IMG/VR virus record: IMGVR_UViG_3300023215_003041
DNA length: 64,000 nt
Direction: 5' to 3' (one strand)
Origin: a virus
Both the position numbers and the translations under genes were made by a program. The notes beneath the pieces are model-generated. The model had not been told where the DNA came from, ran no database searches, and was given only the letters and a program-made list of their open reading frames with translations. Position 1 is the stretch's first letter; the number at the start of each line of letters is the position of its first letter. Positions 34,960 to 45,423 of this stretch are shown here, piece by piece.

Positions 34960-37455
34960 TTAGCCGTTCAAATTAACTTCCAAGCCGTAATATTGGATAA
35001 CTAATCTATTTTTTGAATCACGGCCTAAGACTTGAAGAAATTGATAGAGGTTACTGAGCTCTTTAGTTCTTCGATAAAAGTCGCCTTCGTCTACAGCGGC
35101 ACCGTTTTTAAATTCTTTAACGGAGGCACAATAAAGCGTATACAAATCTCGGCCGGAAATTGCGTTAAGTGTTTTTAGTTCCTCAAGCAACTCATCTTTT
35201 GGGAGTGACTTAAGTACCGCCATCATCGAATCGTCACTGAGAGAAATGTACCCTGAGGCCTCAAAGAAAAACCGGACATTGTTATTCATCTGGCCAAGCT
35301 GGCGCGTCAACTCCTGATGGGATTCGGGTAAGGTGTAATCTCTTTGGCTAATCAATCGGGGGTAGGCCTGAATTGCCCACGAGATAATTTTGTCTTTTTC
35401 AGCCGAGACGATTTTATTGCCGATATCTAGCACCCTTTGCTCTTGAGGGATAGGGTGTTTCATATCCAATATTAACCATCTACGGGTGAACCCTTCTGAG
35501 AAATCTTTGGTTTTTGGTAGATGGTTAGACGCGAACCAGTGGGTCGCTTGCGGGTGTAGCGTCACATGTTGGCTGGCGGTTTTCTTTAAGGTTATCTCCG
35601 TGCCATCAACGATATCTTTGAAACGTTGGCTATTTATTTTTTCGTCTTCTGAAAGTTCCCCACACAAGTTAAGTAATTTATTAGTGAGCGCGGCCAAAGA
35701 GTCGTTATCGTGCCATTTGTTAGGGGGCAGTGATACGCGTTTTTGTACAGGGATGAGTCCCCGTATGATGTTCAGGATTTGGCTTTTGCCTGACTTTGGG
35801 GTGCCATGTAGCAATATGGCTCGTTGAAAAAGGGTACCGGTATTGAAGAACGTGGAGGCCATGGCTTCTTGCAGCGCTAAAATACTGTCTTCATCATGTG
35901 GCCACAATTGATTTAAAAATCGGCCAAAGCGTTTTGGCGGATTAAGCTGTTCTGGGTCAAACGTGAATGGCAACGTATAGGTTAATCCCATATCTGGATC
36001 ATGCGGAAGCAATTGTAGACTAGGGCTAACAAACCCGTTGTTGAAGTTAACTCCGGTGGAGCTGACACGACGCAGGGGTAGGGCAAGTTTGTTTTTCACT
36101 GCCGTAAGAATGGCATTCATGTTTCGAGTCCCTTTAAGCGTGAAGCTTGACGGGAAGTAGGTGTTTATGATGTTAGTAATTTCATAATCTTCTAAAGGGC
36201 GCCAGTGTGTTCCCTCCCAGCGAAACAAATGCTGGGCATCTACCCCCGAATCGAATCGATGTTCGGTTTGACTGGTGAGAAAATTAACAACGTTGTGAAC
36301 GATGGCCGGCAGATTAACAACCCCTTTCGCTTGGAGTCGCAATTTGTTTATTTGGCTCTCCATTTTGCTCATGTTCAGTTTCATTCCCGACTGTCGAGAG
36401 ATATATCGCTTAAGCTGGTCGGACTCGAGTTTAGTGATGGTGAACGAACGGGCGATTTCTTCCATAGCACGTTGGCATGCAGCAAGCATTTTGGTCTCAT
36501 CCCCGATAGCCTCGGACATTTGTTCGAAAACATACTCTTGTAACTGGCTATAATTTAATTGTGCGTCCTTTTTGGTGAACGGAATCGCGTACTTTTCCTT
36601 CAAGGTACTACCTATTTGCTTGTCCCAAGCGGGAGGGAGCTTAAGGTTGTAAGTAATACGCATTTGATAGATAAGTGAGAAAAAAGCTTGAAAATAGGCC
36701 TGTTTTTGATGATTTGGCGGGATTTCGTCAAAATTTTGACAAAAACTATCATAAAGTGCATCAATCTCTTGCAAAATGGGCAAAAGTGTCGTGTTTTCTT
36801 CACAATTGAATAAAAAATCGAAGCAAAAATGTGTGAGGTAGCTACGTATTTTTACGTCCAACTGTGTGAGAGTGTGTAATTGTTCGTTGGATTCAGCTTT
36901 ATAGGGCTCTTTTTGAACCTCAATGTTGGGTAGAATATCTTCAACCAGCGTCACAATATCACTCGGGTTATATACCGGTAAGTTATCCACCATTTCTTGG
37001 GTCGGTATCTGCGTATGATTATTTAGTACGATACAAGTATCTTCGGCGAGAAACGAAAGTAACGACCCGTCGTGGCCGGTGCCAAAGAGGGTGAAGGAAG
37101 CTATATCATTTAGGGTTGCATCCGAGGGGATCTTAAAAATTAAATAGTGCATGTTCGCGGATGAAACTACCCAGCAATTGGAGGGCATGCTTTGAGTTAA
37201 CGCCAATTTCAAGTCACTTTGCTGTTGCGTTAAGGCCAGCGCCCCCAGGGCATGTTCGGGTTGTTTTTCTAAAGGCAGGCCTAAAAGAATACCGCAGAGT
37301 TTATCTGCGTGAACCGATTGCCAATTCTTTTGATGTAGTGACTGGGTGGCAAGGGCAATTTTATCTTGAGGTATGGCCGGAAGTTTTGAGCGTTTGAATA
37401 ACGGGATAGTTGGGACACCTACCGTAAATAGTGATTTAGATAGTGATGTGTACAT
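34960..37455 (-). CDS. primase-helicase (P4/D5-like SF3 helicase with N-terminal primase-like domain)
   Basis: Walker A LLHGTPKSGKS, KLLNLCGEL, HWFASNHLP, GFTRRWLIL; D5_N-like region LLPHDPDMGLT. Confidence 0.85.
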   Translation of the reverse strand: MYTSLSKSLFTVGVPTIPLFKRSKLPAIPQDKIALATQSLHQKNWQSVHADKLCGILLGLPLEKQPEHALGALALTQQQSDLKLALTQSMPSNCWVVSSANMHYLIFKIPSDATLNDIASFTLFGTGHDGSLLSFLAEDTCIVLNNHTQIPTQEMVDNLPVYNPSDIVTLVEDILPNIEVQKEPYKAESNEQLHTLTQLDVKIRSYLTHFCFDFLFNCEENTTLLPILQEIDALYDSFCQNFDEIPPNHQKQAYFQAFFSLIYQMRITYNLKLPPAWDKQIGSTLKEKYAIPFTKKDAQLNYSQLQEYVFEQMSEAIGDETKMLAACQRAMEEIARSFTITKLESDQLKRYISRQSGMKLNMSKMESQINKLRLQAKGVVNLPAIVHNVVNFLTSQTEHRFDSGVDAQHLFRWEGTHWRPLEDYEITNIINTYFPSSFTLKGTRNMNAILTAVKNKLALPLRRVSSTGVNFNNGFVSPSLQLLPHDPDMGLTYTLPFTFDPEQLNPPKRFGRFLNQLWPHDEDSILALQEAMASTFFNTGTLFQRAILLHGTPKSGKSQILNIIRGLIPVQKRVSLPPNKWHDNDSLAALTNKLLNLCGELSEDEKINSQRFKDIVDGTEITLKKTASQHVTLHPQATHWFASNHLPKTKDFSEGFTRRWLILDMKHPIPQEQRVLDIGNKIVSAEKDKIISWAIQAYPRLISQRDYTLPESHQELTRQLGQMNNNVRFFFEASGYISLSDDSMMAVLKSLPKDELLEELKTLNAISGRDLYTLYCASVKEFKNGAAVDEGDFYRRTKELSNLYQFLQVLGRDSKNRLVIQYYGLEVNLNG

Positions 37456-37459
37456 TTGG

Positions 37460-37945
37460 CTACTCCTGATTAAGCTTCAATTTCATTTCGTCCACGAACT
37501 CGGAAAGCTGAGACGGGTCTAGGTAGCGCTCCATCATGTCGAGAATAAATGTTTTGAATACACCGAACTGCTTAATACCTGAGGCCCTTTCCTGTACGTC
37601 GAGTATTTTCTCCATTAGTGACACCATGGTTCTAAAGGTGCTTGTCATTTCACTGGTATCACGGGCGTTTAAGTCCGACTTAAAATTTTTCATATCTCGA
37701 TAAAGTTGAAGCGCTTCAATCTCGAAGTCCGGCACCTCGTTAGGGTCCTCAACGTCCGAAGCGGTTACGGAGGTTGCTTTTGGTGCTGATTCAAAGAGGC
37801 TTTTTAGAAGGTCAATATCGGGGCCAGAGTATGGACAATCTTCATCGTTGAGATATTCGGGGTCTGACTCAATGAGCTTTTTCCACGTGTTAAGTGTGGT
37901 ACGTAGAGCAGGGGATAATTCAGGATAAAATTTTGGCTGTTGCAT
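37460..37945 (-). CDS. hypothetical protein, possible terminase small subunit
   Basis: 161 aa, helical, divergent from terL; conserved leader; function inferred from position only. Confidence 0.55.
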   Translation of the reverse strand: MQQPKFYPELSPALRTTLNTWKKLIESDPEYLNDEDCPYSGPDIDLLKSLFESAPKATSVTASDVEDPNEVPDFEIEALQLYRDMKNFKSDLNARDTSEMTSTFRTMVSLMEKILDVQERASGIKQFGVFKTFILDMMERYLDPSQLSEFVDEMKLKLNQE

Positions 37946-37989
37946 CGTCGATTCCTCTTTAATTATAGGTTAAATATCATACCGCAATA

Positions 37990-38018
37990 TTGCCTGTATA
38001 GTCCGTAAAGCGTATTCT
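37990..38018 (+). promoter_or_regulatory. sigma70 promoter for terL
   Basis: TTGCCT-17 nt-TATTCT. Confidence 0.6.
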
Positions 38019-38057
38019 TTAGCGAAAATAGACTAATTGACGATAATTGAGGTGGCC

Positions 38058-39845
38058 GTGGCTAACCAATTCCTCTTGGATTTGTATTCGACCGCTGAGG
38101 GGCGATATAACCGTGACTCTGCGGATATGACTCACGGCGAATGGATGTGTGCTAATACGTCCTTGAACAAACGCCCCTTTAGTTTCGACCGATACCCCTT
38201 CCAGAAACAAATTGCCGATGATATGCACCCTAGTTTGGATTGTATTAAGCCCTCACAGGTTGGCCTAACAGAAATCCAGATACGTAAAGCGCTTGCGATA
38301 TTGAGCCGAATTCCCAATACGTCACTTATCTATACGATGCCCAACGAGAGAATGTTTAAACGTATCTCAAAGGCCCGTATTCAACCATTGATAAATTTCG
38401 ATAAAGCGTTTCGTCAAGAAAGCGGGGATAAGACCAAGCAATCAATGGACTTAATGCGCGTGGGCACCAGTTTTTTGTATGTGACCGGTTCAGCGGAGGC
38501 CGATGCCACGAGTATCAATGCGGATTTTGTTTTTAACGATGAAATCGATTTAACCGACCCTGCTATGCTCTCGTTGTTTAACTCTCGTCTGCAGGGTTCA
38601 GACCATCGTATTAATCAGCGGTTTAGCACCCCCACTTATGAAGGGGTTGGGGTTGATCGAGGTTACAAGCGAAGTGACCAACATGAATACGTGATTAAGT
38701 GCCGGTGCTGCAACCATTACCAGATACCCGTTTTCAGTCGGGCTTTTGTAGCGGTGGATGGGTTGCCGGATGATTTAGAGAAGTTTGAAGATATCAGCGA
38801 TGCGTTAATCGATTCGGGCCAGATTGATATTCTATCGGCCAAAGTCGTGTGTGAGAAATGTCGTAAGCCCTTAAATCTTGCGGACTATGAAAACCGTGAA
38901 TGGGTAGCGAAATATCCCTCTCGAGTCTTAAACCGTGGTTATAGAGTCCGAACGTTTTCTACTCACCGATTAGATCCTCAGTATTGTTTTGCGCAGCTCT
39001 TAGACTACAAAGCGAACGATAATTTAAAAGGCTTTTACAATACGGTAAAGGGAGAACCGTACAATAACGAGGACCAAAAGTTATCCTTAAGCCAGATAAA
39101 GATGGTGATGGGAAGTCCTGCGATACCTAAACCACGGTCAGGGGAACCTCACTTTATAGGAATTGATGTGGGTGTCACATGTCATATCGTTGTTGGTAGT
39201 GGCGTAGAACCTAGAAAGATGCGAATTATTTTAGCCACATCCTGCCATATCGATCAATTAAACGGGCTTGTGAAAAAGCTTGATGAACAATACAACTTTG
39301 TTGGGGGTGGGGTAGATAGATATCCTTACACGCCCACCAGTAACGGGCTACGGGAAGGTAGCTTTGGTCGTATTATGCCTGTGCATTATCATGGTAGTAA
39401 GGAAGTTGTCGAGGATAAGAACGCGTTAGGTGATGTGGATTATATCAAGGTTAATCGAACGGATATGTTAGACCATGTGGCCACAGGTATTAGAAACCTT
39501 ACGTGGTCTATTGAGGGTTATACCAGCAACAAAGAAAAAATAGAATCGCACCTTCAAGATATGATACGCGAGGAAGTGGAAGAAGCTCAAGCCGTATGGG
39601 TGAAGCTTTCAGGGAAAGATCACTTTTTTCATGCAATGGCGTATCTTTGTGCCGGTGTCTCTTACAAAATTATTAAAGATGGCCTAGAAGGTTGGACCAA
39701 CGTGAATACTGATATATCAGGCGTCACTCAAGGGGGCGGCGGGGTCCTTTTAGGCAACACGGAAATGGATATTTTTGGCACAACCAATTTAATCGGGTAT
39801 TCTGGGGCGAATGCGCGAGATAAGATAATTCGCCGACATAAATAA
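38058..39845 (+). CDS. terL: terminase large subunit (GpA-like)
   Basis: KPSQVGLTE Walker A, FNDEID Walker B, STPT, Zn-ribbon CxxC pairs, GIDVG nuclease, DHFFHA; GTG 38058 with GAGG SD. Confidence 0.88.
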   Translation: MANQFLLDLYSTAEGRYNRDSADMTHGEWMCANTSLNKRPFSFDRYPFQKQIADDMHPSLDCIKPSQVGLTEIQIRKALAILSRIPNTSLIYTMPNERMFKRISKARIQPLINFDKAFRQESGDKTKQSMDLMRVGTSFLYVTGSAEADATSINADFVFNDEIDLTDPAMLSLFNSRLQGSDHRINQRFSTPTYEGVGVDRGYKRSDQHEYVIKCRCCNHYQIPVFSRAFVAVDGLPDDLEKFEDISDALIDSGQIDILSAKVVCEKCRKPLNLADYENREWVAKYPSRVLNRGYRVRTFSTHRLDPQYCFAQLLDYKANDNLKGFYNTVKGEPYNNEDQKLSLSQIKMVMGSPAIPKPRSGEPHFIGIDVGVTCHIVVGSGVEPRKMRIILATSCHIDQLNGLVKKLDEQYNFVGGGVDRYPYTPTSNGLREGSFGRIMPVHYHGSKEVVEDKNALGDVDYIKVNRTDMLDHVATGIRNLTWSIEGYTSNKEKIESHLQDMIREEVEEAQAVWVKLSGKDHFFHAMAYLCAGVSYKIIKDGLEGWTNVNTDISGVTQGGGGVLLGNTEMDIFGTTNLIGYSGANARDKIIRRHK

Positions 39846-39860
39846 TTTGGGAAATCGACG

Positions 39861-41321
39861 ATGGCCGAAACAATTTTAAATAAGTTGAAAGTAATAGTAC
39901 CTAATCGGTTTAAGCCGAAGGGGAATACTCAAACGGCGACATATAACGCCGAAAACAACACCGAAGTCCTATCGCTCCCAGATTATCGAGAACACCTAGA
40001 GGACCTTATTTCTACGCGGACGGAAAAAACGTCGCAAGAATTAGTGTTGAATTTGGTTAAGTCAGACCCCGATGCCTCGGCGGCGCTAGGCGCGTATCTT
40101 ACCACCGCGGGGAGCTCTACCCCTTATCTTATCGTCCGTGACCCCGATGGCGCTATTGACCGTGACGGGGCTAAAATCGTGAATGAATTAATCGAGGCCT
40201 TGGAAACGCGTCGAGATTATTCAAAAGGTTATATACGTAAAAAGACGCTCCGAGAACTTGCCGAAGAATTCCGCTATATGTTGTTGGCCCGTGGGGGTAT
40301 TGGGTGTGAAACGGTGTTTGGCGACCAGTTAGAATTAACCGAACTTAGGCAAGTTGATATGGGGAGTATCCGCTGGCAAGAGAAAGAGCCTGGGAAGATG
40401 ATACCTTGGCAAGATCAAGGGGGTGGTGACCCGATAAAAATGGATATCCCAACATTCTTCATTGCATGGTACCGGAAACCGCCTACGGAAGCTTACGGCC
40501 ATAGCCCCTTTATCAGTGCGATTAATACCATGGCAGCACGACAACAGGTGATTAACGACTTATACCGTATCATGCAGGTAACAGGCTTTCCTCGTATTAC
40601 CATTAAGGTTTTAGAAGAAGTCCTTGTTAGAAATGCCCCCGCGGATGCGCGAGCGGATATTAGTAAGATGCGTCAGTATATCTCGCAGAGCCGACAAAGT
40701 ATTGCCACTCAGTTCGCATCAATTCGCCCAGACCAACCAATAGCCCACACGGACAGTTCTGAAATTGGTATGCTGAATGAAAAGAACCCCGCCACAGGAC
40801 TCAAGATACAAGAAGTTATCGACACGTTGAACGCGCAGAATCAAGCGGGATTAAAAACTATGGCCACGGTATTAGGTCGCGGGGAATCTGGGGTTAATAC
40901 GGCAACGGTTGAAGCGAACCTGTTTGCGAAGAATGCTGACAGCTTAAATGAGCCTATCGGTGAAATACTCGGAAGTATGCTAACCATGGCCTTACGGCTA
41001 CAAGGGTCAGAAAGTCGAGTTATCGTTCGCTACCCGAATATCGATTTGCGTTCGGAACTAGAGCTCGAAGCGCAATTAAATCTAAAAGCGAACCGGTTAA
41101 GAGTCGATTTAAGTGACGGGTTAATTACCGACGACGACTATCATATTGCAATGTACCGACGTATTCGACCGGATGCGGTACCAGAGTTAACGGGTACCGG
41201 TTTTGCGAATATAAAAATGGACGTAGATGAGGAAAAAGTTTCCCCGAATTCTGACCCCGCAGGTCGCTCCGTAAGTAGAGCCTCAGATAAGAGCAGCAAG
41301 TCTAAAGCAAACCAGAGTTAA
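39861..41321 (+). CDS. portal protein
   Basis: 486 aa, directly after terL; inferred from size and synteny. Confidence 0.7.
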   Translation: MAETILNKLKVIVPNRFKPKGNTQTATYNAENNTEVLSLPDYREHLEDLISTRTEKTSQELVLNLVKSDPDASAALGAYLTTAGSSTPYLIVRDPDGAIDRDGAKIVNELIEALETRRDYSKGYIRKKTLRELAEEFRYMLLARGGIGCETVFGDQLELTELRQVDMGSIRWQEKEPGKMIPWQDQGGGDPIKMDIPTFFIAWYRKPPTEAYGHSPFISAINTMAARQQVINDLYRIMQVTGFPRITIKVLEEVLVRNAPADARADISKMRQYISQSRQSIATQFASIRPDQPIAHTDSSEIGMLNEKNPATGLKIQEVIDTLNAQNQAGLKTMATVLGRGESGVNTATVEANLFAKNADSLNEPIGEILGSMLTMALRLQGSESRVIVRYPNIDLRSELELEAQLNLKANRLRVDLSDGLITDDDYHIAMYRRIRPDAVPELTGTGFANIKMDVDEEKVSPNSDPAGRSVSRASDKSSKSKANQS

Positions 41322-41340
41322 GGTTAATTTTTAATCGGAC

Positions 41341-41369
41341 TTGGCAACGTGATTAAAAAGTCCTAATAT
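41341..41369 (+). promoter_or_regulatory. sigma70-type promoter for head genes
   Basis: TTGGCA-17 nt-TAATAT. Confidence 0.55.
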
Positions 41370-41396
41370 AATCGAAAATATGGATGGAAATCGACG

Positions 41397-42566
41397 ATGG
41401 CTAAACGGCTAACTCTCACCGAGCGTATCAAAGCGCTAATCACCGAAGCAGCGGGTGATGAAATAGACTTTTCTCAAATTGCAGCGTATGAATCCGTTGC
41501 GGCTTCCACTCGCCCGATTAACCAACCCCATACAGCTTACCATGGCGCAATAATGACAGAAGGATTTCTGTCTCAGATGGCCACCGCCTACAAAGAAGAA
41601 AGTGTTCCTATTCAGGTAATGCACAACGGCCAGATGCTTCCGGTAGGTAAAGTATTTGCCGCTGAGACGTTTTCTGCCGACGAGGGGCATACCGACTTAA
41701 ACGTATTATTCTATGTCGATGCTAATAGTCAGTATGCGCGGGATATTGATCTCGCTATTCTTGATGAAGTTTCCATCGGCGCGGCTTCCACCCACGCTTA
41801 TTGTTCCGAGTGTAGTTTCGACTACATGGAAGAAGGTAACGAAATGAGTTTTTGGTACCGTGAATGTGACAACGGACACCAAATAGGTAAAGACGGGGTT
41901 CATTTACGTCTTACGGAATTACGCGCATGGAAAGAATTATCGCTGGTCAATAAAGGGGCCAGCAATAAACCGAAGATACTTGGCTCTGCCAAGCAACGTT
42001 TGGGCAAAGACGCATATAACCAGCTTGCCGCTTCACATAGTAACCCCGAAGCGGTTCAGTTTAGTTATTTGGCTTGCTCACCTACTCAAAGTGAAACAAC
42101 AGGTGAAACTATGGATTTATCAGCACTAAGTAATCAAGTTTCTACGTTGTCCGCAGCTAATGGCAAGCTGGAATTAAAACTGGAAACGGCTGAATCGGCG
42201 TTAGAAGCGTCTCAGACGGAAGTTGCCAAGCTCAAAGGACAAATAGAAACTTTAGAAGCACAAGTCGAAGCCGGTTCAGACTCGAAGTTAAAAACTGAGC
42301 TTACGGAAGCGAAAACAAGCCTTGAGGCCGCGAAAAAAATCGTTGGTTGTTTTGACGAACAACTTAAGGTTGCCGCAGTGGCCGCAGGGTTGGAATTCTC
42401 TGAGGATGCTACGGCGGACGAGAAAATAGAGCTTTTGAAAAAGGCTCAAATTAAACTGGCAGCTATTCCTCGCGGTGGCGTCTCTCAAGGTGCTGGCGCA
42501 CCGGAAGACGACAATATTCGTGTTGTATCTGCCGCGCATAACAGTGCGTTTGTTTCTAATCGATAA
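41397..42566 (+). CDS. prohead protease-scaffold protein
   Basis: N-terminal QVMH...PVGK, DEVSIG, ELSLV..GA protease-like motifs; C-terminal coiled coil. Confidence 0.7.
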   Translation: MAKRLTLTERIKALITEAAGDEIDFSQIAAYESVAASTRPINQPHTAYHGAIMTEGFLSQMATAYKEESVPIQVMHNGQMLPVGKVFAAETFSADEGHTDLNVLFYVDANSQYARDIDLAILDEVSIGAASTHAYCSECSFDYMEEGNEMSFWYRECDNGHQIGKDGVHLRLTELRAWKELSLVNKGASNKPKILGSAKQRLGKDAYNQLAASHSNPEAVQFSYLACSPTQSETTGETMDLSALSNQVSTLSAANGKLELKLETAESALEASQTEVAKLKGQIETLEAQVEAGSDSKLKTELTEAKTSLEAAKKIVGCFDEQLKVAAVAAGLEFSEDATADEKIELLKKAQIKLAAIPRGGVSQGAGAPEDDNIRVVSAAHNSAFVSNR

Positions 42567-42577
42567 GGGGAAAAGTC

Positions 42578-42970
42578 ATGCAAATTGGCCAATTACAACA
42601 TAAGGGTATCCGTACTGAATCCGCGGCAGCATCATTCTATCTGGATACGAGTATTACAGGGTATTCCGACATTGGTAAACCCGTGAGTATTACGGATGAT
42701 TTTACCGTAGGCTTTGGTGCCGACGGTGCTGAAATTATAGGTTACCTCGAGTCTTATGAAGATCGTATTACCGAGACTGTAAAGATGGGGGGGGTTAATT
42801 GGCATATGTGCGCGGAGTTCACGTACACCGGAACAGACCCCACAGCAGGTTCCCATGTGGTTGCGGATGGCGCGGGTAACGTAAAACTTGCGGGAGCTGG
42901 CGCAGGTTTAAATACTCTTGTGTGTGCTGTAGACACCACGAACAAAGTGGTTTCAATAATTTTCCGTTAA
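42578..42970 (+). CDS. head decoration / cement protein
   Basis: 130 aa, beta-rich, between protease and major capsid. Confidence 0.6.
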   Translation: MQIGQLQHKGIRTESAAASFYLDTSITGYSDIGKPVSITDDFTVGFGADGAEIIGYLESYEDRITETVKMGGVNWHMCAEFTYTGTDPTAGSHVVADGAGNVKLAGAGAGLNTLVCAVDTTNKVVSIIFR

Positions 42971-43021
42971 GTCGGGAATGATTGAACCAACTCTTTAGAA
43001 TTTACAATTTGGAGATCGACG

Positions 43022-44233
43022 ATGCAGGCACAAAACCTAAGTCAGATTAAACGCGCCCCTTTAGCGGTAGTACTAAATGGAATTGACAGCGACGACCAAG
43101 AAGTCTCTCGCCGTGCAGGGGTAAGGCTAGTTCAAGAAGCCAAAAAGTACGGCATCAATGTCCGTGATTACTTAAACCTTTCGGTTGATGTACACGCGTC
43201 TAACGATGAGAAAGCTGGTAAGCATTTCCGTCTAGGTAACGGTCAATATATGACTGGCTATCAAGCGGCTATTGTGGACCTTAACCTCCCGTTTAAAAAC
43301 GCGTTTGAAGAAGGTATCACCCTCCAAGCCGCGGCGGATACTTTTAGTGCTCGCCCTGGGTCCCGAGCGCTATTCCCCGAAGTTATCGACGATATGCTTC
43401 AATGGAATAGTCGCCAAGATATGTTTGAGTCTACGGCCCCGATGGTTGCCCAAACCCGAACTATTTCAGGTACCGAACTTATCACTACGGCTATTTTTGA
43501 CGACCAAGGCGAGTTGAATACGTCGCCTCTAGCAGAATTAGCCAACATTCCGATGCAGACTATCACCAGCTCTGATAAATCCGTCCGATTCTTCAAGCAT
43601 GGTTCAGGTATTCGTACTTCGTATGAATTTGAGCGTCGTGTCAGCCTTGATATCTTAACCCCTTATGCGGCTCGTATTGCGCGTAATAAAGAAATCAGCA
43701 AAGTGAAAATGGCGACCAACCTGTTAATTAACGGGGATGGTGTACATGGTGCTGCCGAGGTTGTTGCCGCGTCAGATTATAAGAACTGGGACGTAACAGG
43801 GGGTAAATCGCTTAAAGACAACTATGTTGCTTTAGCCGATTTCTTTGCTCGTCGTGCGCGTAAAGGTACCCCTGTAGACATTATCGTGGGCAACTACGAT
43901 ATGTGGCTAGAAATGTTCTTAATGTTCTTGCCAACGCAACCTAACGGTAAGTCAACGGCGGAAGTCCTACAAGAAAGAGGTGGCCCTAAGGTTGCCTTGA
44001 TGATGGATTTCCTTAACGGCGTGAACTTCCATATTTCGAGCTCTGCGCCAACCGGAAAACTTATCTGCTATTCAAAAGCGGATACGTTAGAAGAATTGAT
44101 CGAAGCAGGGTCGGTTCTGTCTGAGTCTGAAACCGCGATTAAGAACCAGTCAATTACTTACGTGAAAACTGAAAACTCCGGTTATCGCCTCGTTTACGGC
44201 GACACACGTGTCGTTTTCGACACCCTGGCATAA
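43022..44233 (+). CDS. major capsid protein
   Basis: 403 aa, synteny, best-matching leader, followed by a terminator. Confidence 0.78.
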   Translation: MQAQNLSQIKRAPLAVVLNGIDSDDQEVSRRAGVRLVQEAKKYGINVRDYLNLSVDVHASNDEKAGKHFRLGNGQYMTGYQAAIVDLNLPFKNAFEEGITLQAAADTFSARPGSRALFPEVIDDMLQWNSRQDMFESTAPMVAQTRTISGTELITTAIFDDQGELNTSPLAELANIPMQTITSSDKSVRFFKHGSGIRTSYEFERRVSLDILTPYAARIARNKEISKVKMATNLLINGDGVHGAAEVVAASDYKNWDVTGGKSLKDNYVALADFFARRARKGTPVDIIVGNYDMWLEMFLMFLPTQPNGKSTAEVLQERGGPKVALMMDFLNGVNFHISSSAPTGKLICYSKADTLEELIEAGSVLSESETAIKNQSITYVKTENSGYRLVYGDTRVVFDTLA

Positions 44234-44242
44234 CCAACGATG

Positions 44243-44263
44243 GCGCCCTTCGGGGCGCTTTTT
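44243..44263 (+). terminator. intrinsic terminator after the major capsid gene
   Basis: GCGCCC-TTCG-GGGCGC-TTTTT. Confidence 0.9.
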
Positions 44264-44274
44264 AGGAGACTAGA

Positions 44275-44727
44275 ATGAAAAATATACTCGTAGAAACCAC
44301 GGGCGCCTTTATGCTGATGACACGTTTTGGGGAAGTGAGCGCATTTCGCCCTAGTGTGATAAAGCATTCTCAAGAGATAAACCAGTTTGTTTCTCAAGAC
44401 CAAATCAAGGTTTTGCACAAGGAGCTCCCTGAGAATGCGGACGATGCAGGGTTTTATTCCTTTTATAAAGCCCATGATAAGGACTGGGAAGCGGCCCTAG
44501 AGAACTATATCCATTCGTTAGAAGGTACTGGCGAAGATAGTTTGGACTATGCCACTAAGGACGGTGCTACTAAGGACGATGCCACTAAGGACGGTGCTAC
44601 TAAGGACGATGCTACTAAGGACGGTGCTACTAAGGACGATGCCACCAAGGACGGTGCCACCAAGGACGGTGCTACTAAGCCAACCACTAGGAAAACTGGG
44701 ACTCAAGCCACTAAAGCTCAGTCTTAA
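44275..44727 (+). CDS. hypothetical virion-associated protein with ATKD(G/D) repeats
   Basis: AGGAG SD; 15-bp tandem repeats 44551-44679. Confidence 0.7.
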   Translation: MKNILVETTGAFMLMTRFGEVSAFRPSVIKHSQEINQFVSQDQIKVLHKELPENADDAGFYSFYKAHDKDWEAALENYIHSLEGTGEDSLDYATKDGATKDDATKDGATKDDATKDGATKDDATKDGATKDGATKPTTRKTGTQATKAQS

Positions 44728-44736
44728 GGTGTAACC

Positions 44737-45423
44737 ATGATAACAGTCTCAAATAATGATCCTTTACCGCTGTCTGAGTTTCAAATAGGGGATTACATTT
44801 TTACGCCGGACTTTGGGACTGTAGATATTCGCATCACGGATAGTAAGGGTGTAGTAGTTCATGAAACGAGTGTGTCCTTCGATGCTGATTTTAGCATCCC
44901 TCAAGACCTCCTGACAGTCAGCGGCAGTGAGGTTTTGAGTTTTTTTAAGCTTACCGTAAAGTTTAGTAGTGAAAATAGATTACGTATTCTCACAGATATT
45001 ATTCGTGTTTATACGGAGATACTTATTACCGTACAACCCTCACAGGTTAGGACGTTGTTAGGGTTATTCTCAGAAGAACTTCCTGATGAAGAAATAGATT
45101 TTATTGGCTCCTACAGTGAGTTGGTAGAAGATATTGGTGAAACGTTCTTAGAAGACACCAGCGCAAGAATAAATAAATTAATACTATTGCATGAAGCTAT
45201 GCGTCACGCCGTATCCCTCGAGTTAAAAACGTTGAAGTCTAACGAGCTAGACGACACGAAGAAATCACGTCTCTCGAGCATCAACATCCCCGCATTGCAG
45301 AAAAAAATAGAATCTCAATATTGGGCCCATAAGCTAACGTTTGAGGGTGTAGACCCGCTACCAGAAGAAAACCTTATTGAGTTCATTACTCGAACAGACC
45401 CGTTCACGGGTGAAGACTCATGA
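44737..45423 (+). CDS. putative head-tail adaptor
   Basis: Synteny only. Confidence 0.5.
   Translation: MITVSNNDPLPLSEFQIGDYIFTPDFGTVDIRITDSKGVVVHETSVSFDADFSIPQDLLTVSGSEVLSFFKLTVKFSSENRLRILTDIIRVYTEILITVQPSQVRTLLGLFSEELPDEEIDFIGSYSELVEDIGETFLEDTSARINKLILLHEAMRHAVSLELKTLKSNELDDTKKSRLSSINIPALQKKIESQYWAHKLTFEGVDPLPEENLIEFITRTDPFTGEDS

Noticed and set aside
36095-36106. TTCACTGCCGTA, a 12-nt match to the type I-F CRISPR repeat (possible RNA anti-CRISPR)
   Set aside because: Lies inside the primase CDS, lacks the complementary GGCAG stem half, and has no promoter; best explained as chance.
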